Origin: Lytechinus pictus
Taxonomy: Eukaryota
DNA length: 64,000 bases
NCBI RefSeq assembly: GCF_037042905.1
Contig: NC_087251.1
Coordinates: 10,976,001-11,040,000 of the forward strand
Direction of reading: 5' to 3'
Of this stretch, positions 25,468 through 37,143 are shown piece by piece (positions within the stretch are counted from its first letter, which is position 1; each line of letters begins with the position of its first letter). The notes under the pieces were generated by a model. The model worked only from the letters and a program-made list of their open reading frames with translations, did no database searches and was not told where the DNA came from. Both the position numbers and the translations under genes were made by a program.

Positions 25468-28400
25468 GTAAGTTTCCTTCTTATGCATTGGTCAATGTAT
25501 TGGATGGATGGGATAGGATAGATGCTGCAGTCAATACAAACACTTGAAAAAATAGTGATAGTGTTTTTGTATATGAAACAGCTTTCTGACCACTAAGTGT
25601 GTAGATGACAGTGACGAAGGATAATAATGATAATAATGATATTGACAATTACAGTAATAAATAATGAATTTAAAACAATGACAACAATAATAACATGTGT
25701 ATATGTGTATAAATTTCGCATCATTCAAAGCAGAGTACGCCTATTTATTTCATACTTCCCGTAAAAATAACAAGACAGAAACAGAGAAGTATGGAAAAGT
25801 TCGAATGGAGTCCTACTCTTCATTCATTTATCATCATCATGTACTTGATAAAAAATTTTGAGAAAAAAAGGAAAGATAGCATCTCCTTGTTGTCTCATTA
25901 CAACAGATGACTTCTGACCAAATTGAAGTCACAGTAAAGTTTATACAGTATATTCATTGTCGATTTTCACATGCATTTCTGAAAGAGGCCAGGGTATGGA
26001 ACTGTCAATGTAATGAAATTTGAATGGAAAAATTAAAGCTTAGCATAAAGGTTGGACCAATTATAGCATATGAAGCTCGTGTATTATTGGCAAAATACAA
26101 TAGCAGGTCATACAGATAATGAAGGTTAGTAACTCCCACATACAGACTTAAGGCGTGAGGATTCAGTCGAAAAATTAGAGGGTAAATAACCTTGTATGCG
26201 GATTAAAGTTAACGAAGTTAAATTTTATTGTGATAAGATGATAGTCGTTTATAAGAGAAGAGACCCCCCCCCCTGAAGTGACACTGCTATAGCACAACAC
26301 TATTTCTGTTTGCTATCATGTTAATATGAGAGATGGAAATGATAGATCGGTTATTTGTGATGACGATGGTGCGGCCATAAAGATTATGATGATGACGGTG
26401 GTAAACGGTGGTTGATATGGTGGTCGTATGACGATAATCATGCTCTCCTATGATAATGATGTCAATGATGATTACAATCATATCAATAATGAATCTCAAA
26501 TGATGTTGATTATTATTAAGAAGATTTTTTTTCCCTTTCACTTCTGCAGCGATAGGCGGGGACCCCAAATTTCTTGGGGTGATGGGGACAGCCATTGCCC
26601 TGACTGTTTTCAATGTCGGCATGTACCTCGAGACTCTATGGTTTCTTTGCAGAAAGATACCAAGCAGAAGAAAAATACAGCTCTCATTCATCATGGGTAT
26701 ATATCCAGTAAGTATATTGAAACACCTCATCCCCCTTGCCCCATCCCACACTCACCAAGGTAGTATCGTGCTTGAGTGCTGTTTCTCAAAATCTATTTAA
26801 GCCAGTGGCGTAATGAGCCCAAAATTTTGAGGGGGCTCGTTGTGGCATATCGCGTAAAATCAAGAAGAAGTTGGGAGCGAACGAAATGAGCGAGCAAAAA
26901 TGTCAAAATTTTTACTACAAAATTCAAGTTTGTGATAGATTTTGACATTATATTCGGTAAATAATATATCATCCTTATCCCTTTCCTTTCCTTTTCTTTC
27001 ATCTTCTTTTTTTATTGGTCGTGATTTTTTTTGTTTGGGGGGGGGGGGGAGCAAGAGCCCCCCAAGCCTCCCTATTTGTACGCCCATGATTTAAACATTT
27101 TAAGTTTTTGATTCAAAGAATTTCATATTCAAATCTGGCATCCTTTTGAACTACAGATTACAAGTTGACCGTTTCACATAAAACCGGCCCTTGGCTTTAA
27201 TAGCGAACGTGATCTTTCATGATGCATGGAGTGGCTATACCTCAATTTTTTCAAGTGAACAGCAATAAATGTTAACATTAGAGAAAAAGAGAAGAAGAAA
27301 AAAAAAGACGGGGAGGAGAAAGAGCAGAAAAAAAGAATAATAGTGTCTGGAAGAGAGGACCATGAATACCCCCATTCAAATGAGAATAATGATGACGTCA
27401 TCCCATCCCTATCAAAACACACTGGCGCCAATCTTCTGTATTTCCATAAGCTAAGAGAGCCGTTGCTATTATTGAGACAATTGCTCATATCTGTGTAAGT
27501 ACAGTGATGAGTGCGAATTCATAGATTTCAAAATTTTAAAGAATGATAACTATTTTGCTCTTTTTAATCTCAGGATACCATTCAAGAATGACCTTTATGT
27601 CTTTGATTAGTGATCGTACTTTTTTCAATAAGTTTGTTCTTCGCTCCGGACATGTTTATCTATCGTTCTCTATATTCCAGATACTTTTTTTTTCATTTCA
27701 GGTATTCTCAGTTACTTCTCTTCTAGCTATGTTCATCCCAAGAGCTTCGATTATTACAGGGTTCACAGCTCATGTGTGAGTAGTAAAATGACAATTAAAT
27801 CCTTGATATTTCCTCCTTTCTTTCTTTTGTTTTTCTCTCTATTTTCTTTCTTTATTTTTTCTTTATCTCTTTCTTTCTTTGATTCTTTCTTTATTTCTTT
27901 CTTTATTTATTTATTTATCTCTTTCTTTTTTCTTCCTTTCTTTCTTTCTTTCGTTCCTTCTTTCTTTCTTTCTTTCGTTCCTTCTTTCTTTCTTTCTTTC
28001 TTTCTTTCTTTTTCTTAACTAACTAACTAACTTACTTACTAACTGATAATCCATTTGCTTATTTACCTGTCTATTCGTTTAGTCATTCATTTATCTATGA
28101 ATTCATCTTGCATCCATTCCCCTTTTCCCTCTCATCTTATTTATTTTTAATATTCAAATTATCAATTTTTTTACTAATACACTTATCAAATCATTTACTT
28201 ATTCGTTTGACAGTAATCACTTTCACATATATTTACTACTCTCTTCCTGGTTGTTATTTACTCTACCATTTTACTTATGAATGCTGGTCCCTTTACTTTC
28301 ATTAGCTGATGCTGTTTTATAATCAGTAGTACACGTATCAATCATATATCTTATTTTCACATTCTGTTCTGTTAATCTGGGGGTTGGCTCTTTACATGTT

Positions 28401-31170
28401 CTGCCTTTTGTTGGGCTCTGATTTTATTTTCATTTTCATTCTTTACGGTTTGTTATTGTATATTTTATATCATGTTCATTTATGTTCATATGGATTGGCT
28501 TGTTTGATTAAAAAATATAAATGGATATAAAATGAAATAAAACAAATCTTGAACACTTGAATATTGAATAACCTTATAATATCGACTTCCAATCTAAGTA
28601 ATTAGTCATGTTTTTCTTTTCTCTTCAACAGATACTTTTCTTTGGCGCTTGTTCAGTTCATTATGTTGTTGACTGGTTACTATGGTGATAAAGATAAGAT
28701 GTTAAGGATATTAGATGGTACAATTATTCCACTGGCCACGCCACCGCTCTCTATGTTCTGTGTGTGCTGTCTACCAAAAGTTCCAATTAATAAGTAAGTA
28801 GGAATATTATGATCAATATTACGTATGGAATATGTAATACTGTATTATCATGCAATGGCTTTCGTTTACAACAAGCTGTTTAAGTATACTAATCTCATGA
28901 AATGTTCCTTATAAAATACACTTTATTATTAAATTTCTACTTTTATAATTTACTTTCCAGGTTCAATAAAGTAGGTTTGTAAAACAATAGTCAAGACCAA
29001 AATTTAGATTTTAATTAAATTTCTATTTGAAACAAACTTTCACGTGTCCGCGAGAGATAGGCCTATCCTGTTTTACACTTAGCGCAACATCTATTTATTA
29101 TATTTTTAAACCAGCGTCGTCACCGTAAAGGTATAAGAAATCAATACTATCCGGCTACTTATCTTCAACTTTGTCATTTCATGGCTATAATAATTCTTAA
29201 CAATGACGAGTGCTTAACTTCCTATTCTAGTATTCATATCTTCTGAGTTTTTCCCGGTGATGCACGAATTTTATTTTGAGTATGGTACCTATTATTTCTA
29301 TGATAATTACTAATGAAGCCCTTTATTTTTCTTTAAGGTTTACGCTTCCCAAATTCGTGAAGTTAATTCGTGGTTTGGTGCTTCAGGTTGCCATCATCAA
29401 ACCTCTTTTCTACTTTCTTGGTGCTATCTTATGGCTCAATGGATCATTCATTCCAGGCGATGTAAGAAATATACTAAAGTACAAGCCGAATATACTTATA
29501 TACCTCTAAGTTAAATTCATTTGCTGGATCTATTCTAGTGAATATTCTATTTCATATATCAATAGAATGCCAATCCAGCTATCTGGAATTTACAAACTGA
29601 TTAAGGAATGAGTGGTTCGGATGCGTCCTCGGTCAAGTCTTTCCCCAGTTCGATCGCAGACGTAAATATCCATTTATTTTGGACCCATTTCATATAGGCA
29701 TATAACTATGTTAATTGTTTTTTTACGATCATGTAAAATTGTTTTTAAAAAAAGACAACCAAATTTTGGTACTTTTAATGATTGGTGAGCATTTTCCTTC
29801 TGGCGTAAATACACAACTCGTGACATTCGTTTTCGCAGTTCAGTTCAAGACAATTTATTTTTTCTCAAAGATACTAACCATAGCAAGAGCTTTATGTAGT
29901 ATCCTTCCCATATCTCTTATACATAAACAATTCATAGTATACTTGTCTCTGTTTCAATCGAATTCTTGACAGTCAATATAGATGTGATTTATTTATGTGT
30001 TATCTCTACGCAGTTTTCAAGTTCTGGAACCTACTTGTGGTTCAACGTCATCTATATTGTCTCGACACTCTTCGCTCTCAACGGCATCATCATCTTCTAC
30101 AGGTTGTCAAATGAACCGCTCAAGGAATACCACCTTACGCCGAAATTCTTCACCGTCCAGCTCACCCTCATTCTCACAAACGTCCAGTCTTTCACCATTG
30201 GTATCTGCGCCATCACAGGGGGTATCGCCTGTAAGCCACCCTTCCATCCGGGCTTGAGGGCGCTGTGTAAGTTTGTTTCATTCTTCTATTATCTTTGATC
30301 CATTTTGTAAGATCCTATTCATTCTGGTCCTGATGCATAAATCTAACACCGGTGGCCATTTCTACAACAGAACTAAACAAATGCCAAAATGCGAACAACT
30401 GGCCAAAATCCCAACTTTCACTCGTTCTTTAATTATTTTGCTATTTTTGTTCTGCTTTCAGTAATATTTGTGATCATATTATGTTCTAGTTTATGTTGTG
30501 TTGTATAGTTCGCCAGTGGAAACCGAATTTTAATGTAGTTGTAAACAGAGACCCAATAAACTAACCTGTATTTTTGTATCAAATCAAGGGTTCATAGAAG
30601 GCATCATCAAAGACAAAGTTTCCATTATTGTTTTTTTACTCTCTCATTATCTCTCTTACAGACATCGATAGTTTACTCAATATCATCGAGATGTTTCTCT
30701 TCAACATCTTCGCTACCGTCTGGTACCGGAGAATGAAAGGCAACATGGGTCGTGACCAACTCCTTGAAAGGCGCGACTACGCCAGACTAAGCCAGAACTC
30801 ATACCGTCAAGATGCAGCCAAACAGATCGCTCTGGGTGACGAAAACGACAACAAGACCGATCTCGCTCTTTACAAACCAGACGTCGGGAGGAATACCACA
30901 CAAAATGGCGGCTCGTCTGTTCACCTGGAGGGAGATAATCCATGGCATCAGTTTGGCAGTGAGCATGAAAGCGAGCAGAAGCAGCCGTTTCTTCATGTGG
31001 TTGCAAACCAGCCGAATGGAAGTGTTGCATGTAAGGTGACCAATGAAACTTCTCAACAGCAACCATCACCGCGAAATAACTTTCAGGAAGAGACTGTCGA
31101 AAGAGGCTCAATCAAGTCAGGGTCAATTCCGTGGAGTGGTTCTGGGTCAGACAGGGAGACGGATGTCTAG
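25350..31170 (+). CDS. SLC51A: OSTalpha-like transporter, paralog B, complete; exons 25350-25467, 26550-26707, 27702-27775, 28632-28793, 29338-29461, 30014-30266, 30662-31170 (1398 nt, 465 aa)
   Basis: All introns are GT..AG with compatible phases. MDDYTEMMMVTNYSNAT..C..PTTSELL / ..MYLETLWFLCRKIP..GIYP / VFSVTSLLAMFIPRA / YFSLALVQF..TPPLSMFCVCCLP / LVLQVAIIKP / PKFFTVQLTLIL..IACKPPF / IIEMFLF. The first coding exon has an acceptor at 25319, so an upstream exon (probably 5'UTR) exists. That exon is open in frame before the ATG, so the exact start codon is less certain. Confidence 0.9.
26550..26707 (+). CDS. SLC51A: OSTalpha-like B exon
   Basis: CTGCAG acceptor, GTAAGT donor at 26708. Confidence 0.88.
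26803..27088. mobile_element. hAT-like MITE in an intron of paralog B
   Basis: Termini CAGTGGCGTA / TACGCCCATG; flanks ATTTAAGC / ATTTAAAC (7/8). Confidence 0.68.
27702..27775 (+). CDS. SLC51A: OSTalpha-like B exon (74 nt)
   Basis: TTTCAG acceptor, GTGAGT donor at 27776. Confidence 0.88.
27815..28045. repeat. (CTTT)n / (CTAA)n low-complexity tract
   Basis: Directly visible, intronic. Confidence 0.85.
28632..28793 (+). CDS. SLC51A: OSTalpha-like B exon with the Cys-rich loop (not in the ORF track)
   Basis: CAACAG acceptor, GTAAGT donor at 28794; YFSLALVQFIMLLTGYYGDKDKML..PPLSMFCVCCLPKVPIN. Confidence 0.88.
29338..29461 (+). CDS. SLC51A: OSTalpha-like B exon
   Basis: TTTAAG acceptor, GTAAGA donor at 29462. 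Confidence 0.86.
30014..30266 (+). CDS. SLC51A: OSTalpha-like B exon (253 nt)
   Basis: ACGCAG acceptor, GTAAGT donor at 30267. Confidence 0.88.
30662..31170 (+). CDS. SLC51A: OSTalpha-like B last coding exon (ends ..DRETDV*)
   Basis: TTACAG acceptor, phase 1 matches, TAG stop at 31168-31170. Confidence 0.88.
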
Positions 31171-34039
31171 GATCGGAATTACAAATCCACCGGTTCAAAT
31201 CCCACACAGGACTTTATGCAATCACTTTCTTTGACGCCGAGATGTTTCAGAATACTTTTGCCATCGCCGAAACAGCATTAATCGTCTCTTGAGCTCGTCG
31301 TGCTTGCTAATCAACACATTAAAAACTTGATGATTCTTATGCAAACTTTTTTCGTTTCCATATGTTTGAGGAAACTGCTCTCCAAAATTCAGCTCTTATC
31401 AAGGACGTAAAATCTTCCTTTTGTTTACGTTACCGGACCTTACAGCTTAATAAAGTTCCCGCTCTTACACAGCAAAATGGCAAATGTTTGTATATTTATT
31501 AACATTCAGATTATTTTATGCTATCTATACCAAAATTCACTTTTATATCCTATCATAAGTAGTGTTTTTTACATTTTGTAATTTTGAAAATGTTTTTGGC
31601 AGATGACTAGCATTCATTACTGACGATGGAATGAAAGACATCTATAAATATAATTATATTGAAACAGTTGACATAGTCCTGAACCCGTTTTCAGCTTTTA
31701 TATGAGAAAATGGTTTGATTGATAATTTATTATATATAATGCCAATCTCTGCATATGAAATGGTAAATTTTAAATTGACCATTAAAATTTAGAAAAATGT
31801 AGTTTTTGTACTTTCACATTCCTTACTGTTATTTTTCACAGATATACTGACCAAAATGTTATGATATTTTACAGACATTAATATCCGCATCACATCGAAT
31901 TCTTTCATGTATATGATGTAAGAGAGATAGCGCTTGTTCATGGTTGTGGATCTTTTGAAGAGGCTTGGTACCCGTGTTATGCAGTAGAGTATTTATGTTA
32001 GAATATCACCTGGTATTTATCATCACTTTTCTGATGGAATCAGTATTGCTTGCGCGATTTGTGTAAGGAGGCTTACTATAATGATGAAAATATTTCAAGA
32101 ATCGATTTAACAGCGGTAAGATGTCAACCTGAGTAAGTGATTCGAAATCCTTTTTGTGAAAGTTTTCGAAAAATTATTGAATTTGATTTAACTTGATTTC
32201 AAATCTTTAAATTTCTCCTAAACATTACTGTTATACTAAAAGAGGGTGATAAAGGGAATATTGACAACCTGAACTTAGAGGATCTCGAAGCAAAATACAT
32301 GTACATTTTGGTTTGCATGGAATGTGGATGACGTACCTTAATACACAGCTATTGTTTTAAGTGCCTTATACGTCTCTTTATATCCATATCAATTTTGAAA
32401 TAATCCATATGCCGTTCAAATATGATTGATTAATTAAGTTATATGATTTTCCAGGTATAACAAATACAAATATAATATTTAGGGCATCAAAATATATTAT
32501 CAGAATAGATAATTCTACGACAAAATTTGAATATTACATCAAGACGTTAAATCCAGGGTAAAAATGGCATAAGCGCCTTGAGCACTTTGCAAAGTAGATA
32601 CGTGCTCTACATATTAATTTCCATTATTATTGTCAATGATATTCATCATGGATAAAGTCGTTAATAAATTATTTCCTATCTAGACTGACAGTTTAGAAAT
32701 TTTCATCAGCTCGTCATCATTAATGATAAAACACACCTGAACAGATCAAATAAATTCAATGATTGTTATACTACAATTATGAAAGAAGAATTGTATGCCA
32801 TATTTCTTATGAAAGTCCACCCAACACCGAATTTGAATTGATGGAGAAAATTAAAGCATAATATTGAAAAGTAATCTAAATTGGATGAAAAATAAGAATA
32901 TTTTGTTTCATCTTTAGGTTTAGTACACAGTAAAAATAATAAACATTTTTAAACAACAAAAAAAGTTTCTAGAACGTCGTTTGATATGGTCACGTTAGCT
33001 ATAAAATCTAAACCTTAATCTAAAAAAACACATTGTTTAAGCCTGTAACTCTAACAACAAGTTGTTTAAACATTTTTTGTAATTGTTTAAACTTTTAAAC
33101 AATTTTTAAAAAGTTTAAACAGTAGTTGTAAGAGTGATGGGCTTAAACAACGTGCTTAACTACATTCTATGATCACATGCAGATTATTATGATAACGATG
33201 CATGGGATAACAGTTTCCTTGAGTAACTGATTAGCGTTTAAAATATATTGGAGCGAAGAAAACAAATGCTTTAAGTTTCATTCGATAAAAATACAAGCTG
33301 ATTAAAAAGCGTGTGATATTATAGGCTCACTCATTTGTGTAACATACTCGTTATTGATGCAAAAGGGTTTGCAAAAGTAAACATTAAAAGAGATAGAAAA
33401 AGGGCGTTAAAAACAGTTTATTCCCGATTTGACATGAATTTATCGCTAATGTCTAATACACTCTGTTTATTCAAATCGGCTTAGAGTTTGGCTGGACTTG
33501 ACATTTTAATGTGTTTTTTTTTCCTCCTGCAATATGTCCTGATTATAAGATTACAGACTACTTTTGAAGTCTCATAAAGAGGAATGTGAAAAGGGGGATG
33601 AGGTGAAATGAGAGAGGAGGAGGAGAGAAAGGAAATGGGGGATAGGAAATCAAATGAAAATAGAGGTGGGATTTAAGACGGCGAAAGAAAAGGGATGTAG
33701 ATGAAGATAAAATGGGAAAGAGGAGGAAAAGCAATATGGGTATCTAAGGAAATGTGAGATGGAAATAGCGTATAGATGAAGAAAAGTTGAGGGGAAAAAG
33801 AAGAGAGAAATGAAAATAAATGATGGAAGGAGTGAGAAGGTGAAAAAAGGGGAGAAGGAACGAACTGAAGGGTAAAGAATAGAAAAATAATAAGAGGCAG
33901 AAAGAATGGGAATAAATGAAAATAAGAAATAAAGAGATAGAGTTGTTAGATCGACTACATTTTTTACAAAAATTGTGGATGGAGAAAGAGTGAGAAGAAA
34001 GTAAGAAGGACGGCGGGGCTGAGAGAGAAGGAGGAAGAG

Positions 34040-35526
34040 TGAGGGGCGCCGAATTGATGTTGTGGCGCCGCCGAATTGATGTTTTACTTAGGGGCGCCGA
34101 ATTGCAGTTTGATATAGGGGCGCCGAATTTTAATATGTTTGACCTAGTGGGGCACCGAATAGATGTTCGACCTAGGGGCGCTGAATTGATATTCAACCTG
34201 GGGGGGGGGGGGCGCCGAATTGATGTTCGACCTAGGGGCGCCGATTTGATGCTGGACATAGGGGGACGCTGAAATAATGTTCGACGTAGGAGCGCCGAAT
34301 TGATATTCGACATTGTGGGGAGCCCAATTGACATGATTGTTATCCGACCTAGGGAGCGCCGAATCGATGTTTTATTTCGGAGTGCCAAATTGATGTTCGA
34401 CATAGGGGCGCCGAATTTATCTTCTACTTAGGGTCGCCGAATTGATGTTCGGCATAGAGGGGTCAATTTAAAGTTTGTCCTGGGGCGCCAAATTCGTGTT
34501 CAACCTAGGGAGGGGGTGCCAAATACATTCTAGTATTCGAGATTTGGGGCGCCAATTTGATGTTTGACCGGGGGGGGCGCCAAATTAATGTTTCACATGG
34601 GTTTGGCGCTCGCATCAAATGCATAGTTAGATGCCCATTCTGTTCATGATTACTAAAAGCGCTTAGAAATCCAAATTTTAGGTCAGAATATTAACAATTT
34701 TCAGCTCCCTCTTCGCGCTCGCATCAATTGTTTAGTAAGGTGACAATCGATCCTGTTCATAGTTAGATAAGTGCTTAGAATGTCCAATTTTGGGTTGAAA
34801 TATAGAAAAATTCAGCTCGCGCTTCGCGCTCACATTAAATGTTTTGTTAGATACTCATCCTAGTCATGATTACCAAGAGTGTTTATAACGTCCAGTTTTG
34901 TGACGAAATGTGAAAACTTTCAGTTTGAGCTTCGTGCTCGCATCGATTAGTTAGATGCCCATTTTGTTCATGATTACAGAAAGTGCTAAGGATGTCTAAA
35001 TTTTAAGGCAGAATATAAAAAATTTCATCAATTGCTTAGTTAGATGACTATGCTGTTCATGATTACTAAAAGCGCTTAGAATGTCCAAATTTTAGGTCAG
35101 AATTTCACATTTTTTTCAGCTAACAGTTCGCGCTCACATAAATTGCTTAGATGACCATTCTGATCATGATTACCAATGTCAGAATATCAGATTTTTTTAG
35201 CTCGCGCTTCCGCGCTTCGCGCTCGTATAAAAATCATTTTTAGATACTCATTCTGTTCACGATATTCAAGAGTGCTTAGAATGTCCAAATCTAAGGTCAG
35301 AATATCGTGTTTTTTTTTTAGTGTGCTCTTCGCGCTCGCATCAATATCGTTATTGTTTGTTAAAGGTGGTATAACATAATATTCATGGATATTTTTTTTC
35401 ATGAACACATAAAAAGCGGTCTTCTAATGCCCTTTTTCACGTGATTATGAAATAAGATAATTCAACATGCATTTAAGGCCAAAATTAGGTCGCCCCCGGG
35501 GGTGCGAAATCCTGGATACGCGCCTG
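34040..35526. repeat. Composite transposon-internal repeat: ~26-bp minisatellite (AGGGGCGCCGAATTGATGTTCGACCT-like, 34040-34600) followed by ~110-bp GCGCTTCGCGCTCG units and a hAT-like right end
   Basis: About 20 degenerate GGGGCGCCGAATTG units; then units homologous to those in 17502-18706; ends CCTGGATACGCGCCTG; left terminus not found. Confidence 0.75.
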
Positions 35527-37143
35527 TTGCCGATCAGTTAACATGGTCGTGGGTTCCTTTATCATTTAATTCCCGGCACTTATTGCATTCAAGCACATTG
35601 TACTATATTGTTTTAACCAAAAGGTGGTGCTAGACCACCTCAATCTTTGACTGAATTTATTTCCATACAGTCGCACTGGAAAGTGTGAATTGATAATACA
35701 CTATTATTGTTTTACATACTAGGAAAATTTTGTTAATTCAGTCTCCCCCCTTTCTTATCTTACCTTTTATTTCTCCTCACGTTCTCGTTCTTCTCCTCTC
35801 CTCTTTCTCTTTTTCTTCTCAATTATTCCTCCTGTTTGGCCGGCCGCGATCGGCTCTTGCGCATAATTTAACGCAGAGGGCGGTCTTTGTTAAAGCAAAA
35901 TTGAAAAAAAAAAAAACAGAAAAGGAAATCAGAAGGCGTCTTCAATTTTTTTGTTTTTTGACGAAGCAAAAAAAAACCCTCAAACTAATAGCAAATAAAT
36001 GTCCAATTAATAACAAACACAAACAAAAGAATCCTATGAGTTAAATTTTCATTATAGAAATACCAATTTTTCACCAATACGGTAAAACACAAAAACGGTT
36101 CGTTTCTTTAAATATTTGATTTTACATATTGCATTTGTGATACAAATTATTGATAAACGACTTTTATTATGTTTAAAATCTCAAATACCGAATCATTTTT
36201 CACTCAATATTTCGTTTTGCCATTTCCGAATTGTTTGATATTACCTTGATTCTTGATTGATCAGATTTGCTTTCTGTTTTTTTTTTTTCATTTTTGCTTT
36301 GACAAAAGTTTTTTTTTTAATGTGCAAACTAACTCAGAGCAGCTTAATCAAGTCTGGATTGTGAGGATCAACACTGATAAGCTAGGTCGCATTTTTAAAA
36401 AAAATATCATTATTCTTTACCAAATCCAATAACATAATAATAATAATAATAATATATATATATATGTTATGACTGCAGCTAGTGCTGTTACAGTGGAGTG
36501 TTTTGGATAGAATTCAGGCTCTTTGCATTATGTAAGCTATTTAGACCAGTTCGTTATTAGCCAAAGTTCCAAATTACCTCTACTCTTCACAGTTATTTCA
36601 ATATCGAGAAAAGTTTTTTCCTGCATTATTGCTCTTAATCCCATTTGAAAAGTTGACATCAACTGGTCACCATAGAATGCACCATGAGTAAACAATAAAC
36701 TGCCTCTGTAGGGTATTCTATTTATCCAATCACATTTTCAACAAGGATCAAATAGAGACGAGCCATTGTATTGACCCTTTGCTTATAATATAAGACTCGG
36801 TTTGAAATCCATTTTGCATAAATTTGCTTTGCCACAGGAACACCGCCGCTGAAGGAGATTTATGTATGACTATTTTGAATATACCAAAATATGATGAAGC
36901 TATTTTGTAACCACCTAACCACTCATTAGACCATTATCATTATTATCATTACCAGCGTGTCTACTTCTTAAGGACTTTTTGGATATTGGTGTCATCATTT
37001 TTCCATGTATTTGAAAAGCACGAAAAAAGTGTGAGTGCAATATAATAATTATTCCTTGATTGTCTATTTGACTTAACCCCTAAACGATTATGCAATTACT
37101 ATGTTAAGTATTTTGCTGAAGTGATGTTTATTTCGTAATGGTC

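Noticed and set aside
34040..34600. CRISPR-like look (constant core plus variable segment) and the 219-aa ORF 33744-34403
   Set aside because: The variable parts are only ~8-10 nt and related to each other, the context is eukaryotic and there are no cas genes. It is a minisatellite and the ORF is a by-product.
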